The notes under the pieces were generated by a model. That model made no database searches. It worked only from the letters and a program-made list of their open reading frames with translations, and had not been told where the DNA came from. From an uncultured bacterium (GTDB taxonomy: Bacteria > Planctomycetota > UBA1135 > GCA-002686595), in NCBI GenBank assembly GCA_943787795.1, contig CALSNU010000001.1:1024001-1088000 (forward strand): a DNA stretch of 64,000 nt, given 5' to 3'. Shown one piece after another: positions 49,740 to 61,918 of the stretch. The first letter of the stretch is position 1, and the number at the start of each line of letters is the position of its first letter. A program made the translations under genes and the position numbers.

Positions 49740-50537
49740 GTGACCCTCCGCACCATCTGCCTGCTGCTGGCGGGCGCAGCGATCGCCTTCATCGGAGCGG
49801 TCTGCGGGATCGGGGGGGGGCTCTTCGCTGTCCCCATGCTGCACTACCTCTTCAAGCTCGACCTGCGGGCTTCGGTGGCCACAGGGCTCTGCCTTGTTGC
49901 CGCGACGGCCTACTCGTCCACGGCCACCGAGCTCCTGCGGGAGGACAGCTCCATCGACCTGTTGCTGGTGGGCCCTCTCGGCGTCGGAGCGCTCCTGGGG
50001 GCCCAGTTCGGGTTCCGCCTGTCCAGGGGCCTCGGGGAGCGCCGGCTGAAGACCGTCTTCGCCGCCGTCCTTATCGTCGCGGGGGCGCGGATGCTGCTCT
50101 CCGAGGGCATCCCCGCGCTCCCCGGTGACGGCGCCGCCTGGGCACCGGGAGCCAGGGCCTTGATCGCCGCGCTGATCGGCGCTGGCGCGGGCACGGTCGC
50201 CCCCTTGCTCGGGATCGGTGGTGGACTGGTGGTCGTCCCGGCGCTGATGTTCACCATGCCCGAACTCGGCGGACTCGCGGTGCGCGCCGCCGCGCTCGCC
50301 GTCGCCTGCGTGACCTCCGCGCGGTCGCTCCAGCTCTACCGGCGCGAGGGGATCATCCAGCTGTCCCTCGGGCTCCCGATCGCCCTCGGAGCGCTTGGGG
50401 GCGCCTTCGCCGGGGTCCACACGGTGCACCTTCCGGGGATGTCGCAGGTGGGGCAGCGGGTGATGGGGGCCATACTCCTGGTCACGGCGGCCCGCTTCGC
50501 CCGGGACGTTGCGCGGCTTCGCCGTGGCTTGGGGTAG
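49740..50537 (+). CDS. Sulfite exporter TauE/SafE family membrane protein
   Basis: Duplicated 'GIGGG...VP' motifs, about 8 TM segments. Confidence 0.9.
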   Translation: MTLRTICLLLAGAAIAFIGAVCGIGGGLFAVPMLHYLFKLDLRASVATGLCLVAATAYSSTATELLREDSSIDLLLVGPLGVGALLGAQFGFRLSRGLGERRLKTVFAAVLIVAGARMLLSEGIPALPGDGAAWAPGARALIAALIGAGAGTVAPLLGIGGGLVVVPALMFTMPELGGLAVRAAALAVACVTSARSLQLYRREGIIQLSLGLPIALGALGGAFAGVHTVHLPGMSQVGQRVMGAILLVTAARFARDVARLRRGLG

Positions 50538-50548
50538 GCTCTCCAGCC

Positions 50549-50761
50549 GTGTTTGAACGCAGGATCATTGGCCTCGAAGAGCGCCTCGCCTTCCAGGAGA
50601 ACGAGCTGGAGAAGCTCAACCGAGTCGTGGCCGAGCAGCAGCTCGAGCTGGACGCCGCGGGGAAGGAACTCCGGGAGCTGCGCGCGCGCGTGCGCACCGT
50701 CGGAGGAACCGAGGACTCGGAGGGGCGCACCCTCCAGGACGACCGGCCTCCGCACTACTGA
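50549..50761 (+). CDS. slyX: SlyX family protein
   Basis: 70-aa coiled coil 'RIIGLEERLAFQE..LEKLN.VV..QQ' ending in 'RPPHY'. Confidence 0.9.
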   Translation: MFERRIIGLEERLAFQENELEKLNRVVAEQQLELDAAGKELRELRARVRTVGGTEDSEGRTLQDDRPPHY

Positions 50762-50839
50762 ATCAGCGCCCAGGGCGACCTCCGCGGCGCCCCCAGGCGA
50801 CCGAACCGGCACACTTTCCGGAACACTCCATGGCAGCCA

Positions 50840-53045
50840 GTGACTCGCAAGGCGGCACGACGACCGTCCGGGGGCCCAGGGCCTCCCGCGCCACCCGTTG
50901 GCGCGCGGGGGGTGCTCGTGCTCGTTCATCTCCTCGCGGCCATCCATATCGCGCATTGGATGTCCACAGGGCGCACGGTCTCTCCGCTCGAGCCGTCCGA
51001 GGCCATGGAGTTCGCCAAGTACTCGGTGGTGAACGCGGGGCTGATCTTCTTCGCCATCACCATCCTCTCGACTCTGATCCTCGGGCGCTGGTTCTGCGGA
51101 TGGGCCTGCCACCTGGTGGCCCTTCAGGACCTCTCCCGCGCCTTCCTGATCCGGATCGGCCTGCGCCCACGACCGCTGCGGTCCCGGTGGATGGCGTTGA
51201 TGCCCATCGTGGCGGCCGGGTACATGTTCCTGTGGCCGGTGGTCTATCGCGTCTGGATCGGTGACCCCCTTCGAGGTCACGGGGGTCGAGATGACGCGTG
51301 AGGGCTTCTGGGACACCTTCCCAGCCTGGTGGCCGGCGGTGTTCACCTTCGTGCTGTGCGGTTTCGTGGCGGTCTACTTCCTCGGCGCCAAGGGCTTCTG
51401 CACCTACGCCTGCCCCTACGGCGCGGTCTTCGGGCTCGCCGACAGGTTGAGCCCCGGGCGAATCCGGGTCACGGACGACTGCGTGCAGTGCGGCCATTGC
51501 ACGGCCACCTGCACCTCCAACGTGGACATCTCGCGAGAGGTCCACGACTACGGGATGGTGGTGGATCCGGGCTGCATGAAGTGCATGGACTGCGTCTCTG
51601 TTTGCCCGGAGAACGCGCTGCACTTCGGCTTGGGGAAGCCCGCGATCCTCGCGCGCAAGCGGGAGGACGCTCGCCCGCCCCGGCCAAGGCTCCCGCTGGT
51701 CGAGGAGGCGACGGCGGCCCTGGCCTTCGGCTTCGGGTACTTCGCGATCCGAGGCTTCTACCAGGAGCGCGGGTTCCTCCTCTCGGTGGGCATCGCGGCG
51801 GTCTTTGCCTTCCTGGTCGTGACGGCGGTGCGCCTCATCCGCCGCCGCGACGTGCGGATCCCGGGCGCGGTGCTCAAGGAGGGCGGGAAGCTGCGGCCCC
51901 TGGCCGTGGCCCTGGGTGGTGGAACCCTGGTGCTCACCGCCTCGGCGGTGCCCTTTGGGCTCGTGCCTGAGGTCAACACCTGGAGGGCCAACCGGGCCTG
52001 GCTTGAGCTCGAGGATGCCCGCGCGCGCTGGTTCGAGCCCGGGAGGGCGTCCCTCAGCGAAGCGGAGCTGGCTTCGGCGGGCCGGCTGCTGGAGAGCGCG
52101 GGCACGATCCGCGCCCGCTCCGGTGTGCGGTCCCTGCAGAACACCCATGCGCCTCGCCTGGGGGAGCCTCTTTGTGGGGGACATCCAGAGCTTCGAGCAG
52201 CGCCTCTCGGAGGCCTTGCTCTTCGGGCGCGCGGGGGTCGGGCTGAAGACGCTCGCGGCGGACCAGATGCGAGCGCGGGGGCGATCTCGCTCGCGCCGAG
52301 GTGGCGTACCGCGCCGTGCTCGAGGAGGTCCCCGAGCACGTCCCGGCGGTGGTCCGTCTGGCGGAGCTGCTCGGTCCAATCGGAGCGCCCTGGAGGACGC
52401 GCTCGAGGTGGTCGAGACCGGCCTCCTCGTGGCGCCGGATTCGCCGCCGCTGCTCGCTCCCAGCGGGGGACCTTCCGGCTCATCGCCGGGGACCCCGACG
52501 GTGCGGTCGAGGACCTCCGGGCGGCGATCGAGCTGAACCCCGAGTTCATCGAGGCCAGGATTCGCCTGTCGGAGCTCTTCGCCCAGTCGCAGCGCCTCGA
52601 GGAGGCCCGCGAGGTGATCGAGGGAGGCCTGGCGGTTCTCCCGGATGCGCCCCCTCTGGTCGCCCAGCGCGGGGTCCTGCGCCTCTTTGCTGGGGATCCC
52701 GACGGCGCGATCGCCGACCTGCGGAGCGCCCTGGAGATGAACCCGGGGCTCGCGTCCGCCAGGGACCGGCTGTGGCGCGTGCTCATGGAGCTCAATCGTG
52801 GCCAGGAGAGCGCCCAGGTGATCCGTGATGGTCTCCTGCTCGACGGGGCCCCTGTGGTCCTGCGGGCTCACCTCGCCCAGGTCCTGTTCATGACCGGCGA
52901 CCGGGACGGGGCGGCCGCGGAGGCGCGGCGGCTCGCCGCCTTGGCGGGGGACAACGCGGCGCTCCTGCAAGTGGCCCGCGAGGTGCTCCGCGCGTCAGGC
53001 TTCGCCGCAGAGGCGGACCAGATCGTGCCCCAGAGCGGCCGCTGA
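50840..53045 (+). CDS. Membrane 4Fe-4S binding protein (NapH/MauN-like polyferredoxin) fused to TPR repeats, interrupted by multiple frameshifts
   Basis: 'GRWFCGWACH', 'FCTYACPYG', 'CVQCGHCTATC', 'CMKCMDCVSVCP'; C-terminal TPRs; reading frame broken at ~51265 and several times in 52144-52460. Confidence 0.82.
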
Positions 53046-53120
53046 GGGCGGTGAGTCTGGACCCGAGCGACGGGCTTGCTTGAGCCATCATCGCGCGGAG
53101 CGTTGAAGGATCGTCCCACG

Positions 53121-53193
53121 GCGCTGTGCCTCCGGCGTTGGGCCTCCGGCGCGGTGCCTCCGGGCCGTTGGGCCCCCGGCGCTGGGCCCCCCG
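53121..53193. repeat. Degenerate ~14-bp tandem repeat (GCGYTGGGCCYCCG), about 5 copies, between convergent genes
   Basis: Units at 53121, 53135, 53149, ~53164 and 53179. Confidence 0.6.
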
Positions 53194-53409
53194 GCGCCGC
53201 GGCTGCATCGCGGCTGCCCCGCCGCGCTGGCCCCCGCCGCGCGGGCGCTGCCGAGCTAGCACCCGCCGCGCCATGAGCAGGGGGCGCTGGGGCCGGCGCG
53301 CTAGAACCGGGGCGGCGCCGGCTCCTCGGCCGAACGGGCTCGCTCCCGCCAAGCCACCGCCCACCTCTGCACCGGTGCCCAGCGCCAGCGGCGCGGCGAC
53401 CGTACGGGC

Positions 53410-54723
53410 TCAGGCGTACACGCCTCGGGCGGCCTCGGCCTCGGACACGCGACGCACCGCCAGGATGTGCGTGGCTGCCCGGAGGGTGCAGTCGAACTCG
53501 TCCTGGATCTCTCGGACCCCTTCCCATGCTTCGCGCATGTAGCGGCGCAGGCGGGCGGCCACGACCTCCTCCATCCAGGCGTAGCCCGTCCGGTTCTGGA
53601 TCCACTCGAAGTAGGCGAGGACCGCGCCGCCGCCGTTGGCGAGGATGTCCGGCACCACGGGGATCTCTCTCCGGATCAGGATCTTGTCTGCGCGGGGGCT
53701 GACGGGGCCGTGGGCCCCCTCGAGGATCATGCGCGCCTGGACAAACTCGGCGTTGCGAGAGTGGACGGCCATCGAGATGGCGCAGGGGGCCAGGACATCG
53801 CAGGGGAGCCGGAGGAACTCCTCCTCTGTCACCACGGTGGCCGTCCCAGTGGCCTCATCGGGGAGCCGGCCATGTGCGTGGCGGTGCTTCAGGAGCGCCG
53901 GGACGTCGAGGCCATTGGGGTCGTGGAGCGCGATGTGGACGTCGGAGAGCCCGACGACCTTGTGCCCTTCCTCGTGGAGGATCCGGGCCAGGTTACCGCC
54001 CACGACGCCCGCACCCTGGATGACCACGGAGAGGCCCCCGACGGGCCCGAGCCCGAAGTGGGCGGAGGCGAGGCGCAGGATCACGTGCAGCCCCCGGGCC
54101 ACGGCGTCCTCCTGATTGGCACTGCCGCCCATCTCCGGGGGCTTGCCGCTCACCGCCGAGTTGGCGGCGCCGTCCGTGTGCCCGGCCAGGGTGTCGAGCG
54201 CCCAGGCCATGAGGTCTGTGTCATCGGCGAACTCCGGCGTCAGCACGTCCCGGTCGGGGCCGAGGGTCCCGATCAGGTTGGCGGTCCAGCGGCGGACGGC
54301 GCGCTCGAGCTCGGAGTGGCTGAGCTGGCTGCGGTCCGCGGCGATCCCACCAGCGGCCCCGCCGAACGGGATGCCGAGGAGCGCGCACTTCCAGGTCATC
54401 CAGGCCGCGAGGGCGCGCAGCTCGGTGAGCTTGAGGTTGCCGTCCACGCGGAGCGGGCCGTGGAAGGGGCCGAGCCCCGCGTTGTGCTGGATCCGGTAGC
54501 CATCGAACAGCTGGATCGAGCCGTCGTCCATCTGGACGGGCACCGACACCGCGATCTCGCGGTCGGACTTGCGGAGGATCTTGTACTCCTGCTCGTCGAG
54601 GCCAATCCGGCGGGCGGCCTCGTCGAAGTTGGCCATCATCGTCCGGAAGGGCGTCTCCTCGTCGAGCTGGGGCGTGCTCGGAAACCCACCCTCGTGGAGC
54701 TCGGCGTCTTGCTCTGAAGCCAT
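53410..54723 (-). CDS. Glu/Leu/Phe/Val dehydrogenase homologue lacking catalytic lysines (probable regulatory subunit)
   Basis: Full GDH fold ('GYRIQHN', 'MTWKC', 'QGAGVVG', 'VPDILANGGG...YFEWIQN') but GPFHGPLR replaces GPxKGGIR and FGGAAGG replaces FGGGKGG. Confidence 0.85.
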   Translation of the reverse strand: MASEQDAELHEGGFPSTPQLDEETPFRTMMANFDEAARRIGLDEQEYKILRKSDREIAVSVPVQMDDGSIQLFDGYRIQHNAGLGPFHGPLRVDGNLKLTELRALAAWMTWKCALLGIPFGGAAGGIAADRSQLSHSELERAVRRWTANLIGTLGPDRDVLTPEFADDTDLMAWALDTLAGHTDGAANSAVSGKPPEMGGSANQEDAVARGLHVILRLASAHFGLGPVGGLSVVIQGAGVVGGNLARILHEEGHKVVGLSDVHIALHDPNGLDVPALLKHRHAHGRLPDEATGTATVVTEEEFLRLPCDVLAPCAISMAVHSRNAEFVQARMILEGAHGPVSPRADKILIRREIPVVPDILANGGGAVLAYFEWIQNRTGYAWMEEVVAARLRRYMREAWEGVREIQDEFDCTLRAATHILAVRRVSEAEAARGVYA

Positions 54724-54730
54724 GGCGCGA

Positions 54731-56017
<1,287 letters not shown>

Positions 56018-56253
56018 GGACGCAGGCGGATCGGAGGACGCTTGGCGGCTCACGACCCTTTGATGGGGAGAGGTCCTGATCGGGAGGGGATCAGCCGGTG
56101 GCGGGTGCGTGCAAGACGACGCCCGCGTGAACGGCTCAGTGCCATTCGAGCGATCGGCCACCGGCCGTGGAACCCTATACCGAAGAAATTGAGCGGCCCT
56201 CGATATGGGAGTTCCGGTTGACGAGCCGTGCCCTGTCCGGCTCCGATGCACGG

Positions 56254-57123
56254 ATGGCCTCTCGCCCCGACCCCGACCGACTCGCTGCCGACCTCCGGGT
56301 GGTCGGCCAGGACGGCGCGCCGGCCGCCGGGGCTGTGGGGGGCTGGTCTCGCGAGGGGATCCTGGAGGCTCTGTTGGCGGAGCCCACCGACACCTGGCGG
56401 ACCATTCCTGGGCGGGTCACGTTTCCCTGGCGCCAGGGAAACGCCGATCCGGGCGGCCGTGGCTTCGTCATCAAGCGCTTTGACACCGCCAGGGGCCTCC
56501 GGGGGCGGTGGGCCGCGGATCCTGCGAGGCGGGAGTTCGAGGCCCTCAGGCGCCTCCGAGACCTAGGGCTCCCGGTCCCCGAGCCGGTCCTCCACGCCCA
56601 GAGCGCCAGCCTGGGCCGGTCCATGTTGATCATGGATGAGGTGCGCCACACTCGCTCCCTTCGTCAGGCCATCGCTGCCGACGACGACCCGCTGGCGAGG
56701 GCTCACGCCGAGGGCGTCCGCCTGGCGGCCCTGGTTGGGGAGCTCCACGGGTCGGGCTGGTACCACCGTGATCTCTATCTCCAGCACGTGGTGCAGCGTG
56801 AAGGCGACGGTGCGCTCGTCCTCCTGGACCTTGGTCGGGCACGACACCAGCGGCAGCCGAGGCCGCGGTGGTTCCACAAGGACCTCGCCGCCCTGCACGT
56901 GTCCGCCGGTGCGGACTATCGAGACGCGCTGCTGGGCGCGCTGCTGCCCGAGTATTTCAGGGCGCGCCAGCTGCCGGTGGCGGACCTGGCCGCCTGGGAG
57001 CGGGCCATCCTGCGCCGCTCAGCGCGGGTCGGCGCCCGGATCCCCCGGCATGGGGACCCGGGCACCCGTGAGGGGGAGACCGTGGAGGGCGAGGTCGATG
57101 GCCGCTTCCTCTCCGGCGGCTGA
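56254..57123 (+). CDS. Lipopolysaccharide kinase (Kdo/WaaP/InaA family)
   Basis: 'FVIKR', '[20 protein letters not shown]', '[16 protein letters not shown]', 'LLDLGR', 'KDLAAL'. Confidence 0.85.
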   Translation: MASRPDPDRLAADLRVVGQDGAPAAGAVGGWSREGILEALLAEPTDTWRTIPGRVTFPWRQGNADPGGRGFVIKRFDTARGLRGRWAADPARREFEALRRLRDLGLPVPEPVLHAQSASLGRSMLIMDEVRHTRSLRQAIAADDDPLARAHAEGVRLAALVGELHGSGWYHRDLYLQHVVQREGDGALVLLDLGRARHQRQPRPRWFHKDLAALHVSAGADYRDALLGALLPEYFRARQLPVADLAAWERAILRRSARVGARIPRHGDPGTREGETVEGEVDGRFLSGG

Positions 57124-57125
57124 GG

Positions 57126-57920
57126 TCACTGGGCGGGCTGGAGGGGGCGGACCCAGATGTTCCGGAACGCGATCGGGTTCCCGTGGTCCTGCAGCTGAAT
57201 CGGCCCGGTCGGGCCGTGGGCCGAGTACTTGGCGAGCGCCCGGTGCCCGGTGGCGCCGTCCATGGCCCTGCCGTGGTGGACGCAGAGGCCGTTGTGGAAC
57301 ACGGTGGCCATGGCAGGGGACTGCAGCTCGCCGTCGTCGGTGAAGCGGGGCGCCTGGAAGCAGATGTCATAGGTCTGCCACTCACCGGCGGGGCGGCAGG
57401 CGTTCACCATCGGAGGCTCCTGGCCGTAGAGGGCGGCGGTCATCCCGTCGGGGTAGGTCTGGTTCTCGAAGCAGTCGAGGACCTGGATCTCGTAGCGCCC
57501 GAAGAAGAAGACCCCGGAGTTCCCTCGGCCCTGGCCCCCCGGGCCCTTGGCGTCGCCGTAGGTCGGGGCCTTCCACTCGAGGTGCAGCTGGCAGTCCCCG
57601 AACTGCTCCTTGGAGCGGATAGCGCCCTTGCCGTTGATCACCATCGCGCCGTCCTCGAGCTTCCAGGGGCCGCCGGTCCAGCTGTCCGTCGAGGTCCCGT
57701 CGAACAGGACGACCGCGTCGCTGGGCGCCGTCGAGGCGACCCCGGCGGCCCCCGGGGTCACCACCTTCGGCTGCGGGCGGAGCCCGTCGTGGACGTGCCA
57801 CCGGGTGCCGGGCAGCACCGGGGTGTCCTGGTAGCCGAGCATGTCGTCCTGGCTCTGGATGGCGAAGAAGGTCGTCGCCGAGGCGAGGAGAGCTGTGAGG
57901 GCCTTGGAGCAGTGCAGCAT
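57126..57920 (-). CDS. DUF1080 domain protein (3-keto-disaccharide hydrolase family), exported
   Basis: 'PSDAVVLFDG', 'FGDCQLHLEW', 'GQGRGNSGVFF.GRYEIQVLD', 'GEWQTYDI', 'LQDHGNPIAFRNIW'. Confidence 0.93.
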   Translation of the reverse strand: MLHCSKALTALLASATTFFAIQSQDDMLGYQDTPVLPGTRWHVHDGLRPQPKVVTPGAAGVASTAPSDAVVLFDGTSTDSWTGGPWKLEDGAMVINGKGAIRSKEQFGDCQLHLEWKAPTYGDAKGPGGQGRGNSGVFFFGRYEIQVLDCFENQTYPDGMTAALYGQEPPMVNACRPAGEWQTYDICFQAPRFTDDGELQSPAMATVFHNGLCVHHGRAMDGATGHRALAKYSAHGPTGPIQLQDHGNPIAFRNIWVRPLQPAQ

Positions 57921-58056
57921 CGGAGGGGGTTGCTGGAGGGTGTTGAATCCTGGGGGAGTGAACCGCAGGCGGAATGGGTCTGGCCTATCCTCTGCAACGC
58001 GCCAGCTTCCGCAAGGCGCAGCTTCCAAGGACTCCAGCGACGCGACACGACCACCC

Positions 58057-58911
58057 ATGACCCAGGCAAGCTCCCACGCCCCCTCCTCCGCGGGCTCCGT
58101 GGCCGACCAGTTCCCCAGCGACGTCCCCGTCGAGCCCGGGCTGGTCTCCATGACCCGCGACGGCGACCTCGTTCGGCTCCGCCTCGAGCGCCCCGAGGTC
58201 ATGAATTGCCTGTCGTTCCCGACGCTGCGGCGCTTCCGGACGCTCCTCGAGGAGCTCAGGGGGGACCTCTCCATCCGCTGCATCCTGATCTCGGGCGCGG
58301 GGGAGCGGGCCTTCTGCGCTGGCGCGGATCTCAAGGAGCGCAAGACCATGCCCGCGGAGCGGGTGCCGGACTTCGTGCGCAACATCCGTGGGCTCATGGA
58401 CGACGTGGCGTCCATGCCGCAGCCGACCGTGGCGGTGGTCCAGGGCTTCGCGTTCGGGGGCGGGACGGAGCTCATGCTGGCCTGTGACCTCCGCGTCGCG
58501 GCCGAGGAGGCCATGTTTGGCCTGACCGAGACCACGCTGGCCATCATCCCTGGCGCAGGTGGGACCCAGCGCTTGCCCCGCCTCATCGGCGCCAGTCGAG
58601 CCAAGGACCTGATCCTCACTGGGCGCAAGATCGGGGCTGCAGAGGCCGAGCAGATCGGTCTGGTGAACCGGGTGGCGCCGCGCGAGTCACTGGACGAGGC
58701 CGCCCTGGAGCTCGCCGAGACGATCGCCGCCAACGGCCCCGTCGCGGTCCGTGCGGCCAAGGAGGCCATCGACGTCGGGACGGAGGCGCCGATCGGTGAA
58801 GGCCTCGAGATCGAGGCGCTCTGCTACCAGAAGGTCCTCCCGACGACGGACCGCCTCGAGGCGCTCGCGGCCTTCGCGGAGAAGCGCAAGCCGCAGTACA
58901 AGGGGTCATGA
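58057..58911 (+). CDS. Enoyl-CoA hydratase/isomerase (methylglutaconyl-CoA hydratase-like)
   Basis: 'AFCAGADLKER', 'AFGGGTELMLACDLR', 'GLTETTLAIIPGAGGTQRLPRLIG', 'AFAEKRKP'. Confidence 0.92.
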   Translation: MTQASSHAPSSAGSVADQFPSDVPVEPGLVSMTRDGDLVRLRLERPEVMNCLSFPTLRRFRTLLEELRGDLSIRCILISGAGERAFCAGADLKERKTMPAERVPDFVRNIRGLMDDVASMPQPTVAVVQGFAFGGGTELMLACDLRVAAEEAMFGLTETTLAIIPGAGGTQRLPRLIGASRAKDLILTGRKIGAAEAEQIGLVNRVAPRESLDEAALELAETIAANGPVAVRAAKEAIDVGTEAPIGEGLEIEALCYQKVLPTTDRLEALAAFAEKRKPQYKGS

Positions 58912-59134
58912 GCGGGAGGCGGCTCCGGCGCCGGGCCCTCCGAGCGCGGTACGCCTGAGCCCGCAGGGCTGGAGCGCCGGGGGCCTCCTCTGCACGGCGG
59001 ACCTTCCGAGCGCAGCCCGGCCTCTGAGCGCAGGGGGCTTCCCGGGCGCAGTGGGACTCCGAAGCCGCTGTGGGGCCCCGAAGCAGCAATGGGGCTCCCA
59101 AGCCGAGGGGCCTGACCGCCTCGTCCGTGGCGAG

Positions 59135-59620
59135 TCAGCTGGGGTCCGAGGAGGTGGGGGGGCCGGGCTCTTCTCCGGTCCACTCCTTCATCCGGTCCTG
59201 GTACCAGTCCTCGGTGGCCCGGGCGATGGCGTCGACCTGGTCGGCGGGGTGGACCTCGCCTCCTTCGCGGGAGCCGGGGCAGGTGGCGTTCACCTCCTCG
59301 GTCCACACCTTGCGGTCCAGGTTGATGTCCCAGAAGGGCCAGGTACGGCATTGAACGGGCCGGACCGCGTAGACGGTGCAGCGGCCCGAGTCGTCGAGGA
59401 ACTGGCACTTGCCGAGGCCGGGGAGCAGCGTGATCCAGCCGTCTTCCACCCGGACCTGGGTGCGGACGAACTCGACGGGGTCCATCTCCAGGTGACGCGC
59501 CATGGCGGTCACCTCCTCCTCCCGCAGGTAGACGTGGCTGTATTCGCCCCTGCTCTTGCAGCAGTTCCCGCAGGCGGTGCAGGAGAACGGTAGGCCCTCT
59601 TCGTACCAGCGCTCGCTCAT
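59135..59620 (-). CDS. YkgJ-family cysteine-cluster (CxxCxxCC) protein
   Basis: 'FSCTACGNCC', 'CQFL...CTVYAVRPVQCRTWPFW', 'CPG'. Confidence 0.92.
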   Translation of the reverse strand: MSERWYEEGLPFSCTACGNCCKSRGEYSHVYLREEEVTAMARHLEMDPVEFVRTQVRVEDGWITLLPGLGKCQFLDDSGRCTVYAVRPVQCRTWPFWDINLDRKVWTEEVNATCPGSREGGEVHPADQVDAIARATEDWYQDRMKEWTGEEPGPPTSSDPS

Positions 59621-59838
59621 GCGGGAGACTCTAGATCGTGACTCAGGGTGGCGCAAGTATCTGTTTTAAATGGCCTTAGGTGCTGGGCCTGGTGCGGCGT
59701 GTGCGATTTTCGAACGCTAAGTTGGAGACCCGACATGGCGTGTGCGGTATCGCTCTGCGGCGCGCTGGCCCCCATGCCCAGCCCTTGCCCCGCTGCCAGC
59801 GCGCTCTTTGCCCCGCCGCCAGCGCCTACTGCCCACCA

Positions 59839-61896
<2,058 letters not shown>

Positions 61897-61918
61897 GCCG
61901 AGCGCGAAGTCCGACACC

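Noticed and set aside
57921..58769. N-terminal 283 aa of the 547-aa ORF 57126-58769
   Set aside because: Antisense to the enoyl-CoA hydratase; the real DUF1080 protein starts at ATG 57920 with a signal peptide.
59648..59680. AT-rich TGGCGCAAGTATCTGTTTTAAATGGCCTTAG as a sigma54 -24/-12 promoter
   Set aside because: GG-N10-GC spacing is not met (TG follows). It may be a nucleoid-protein site, but that cannot be supported from sequence alone.
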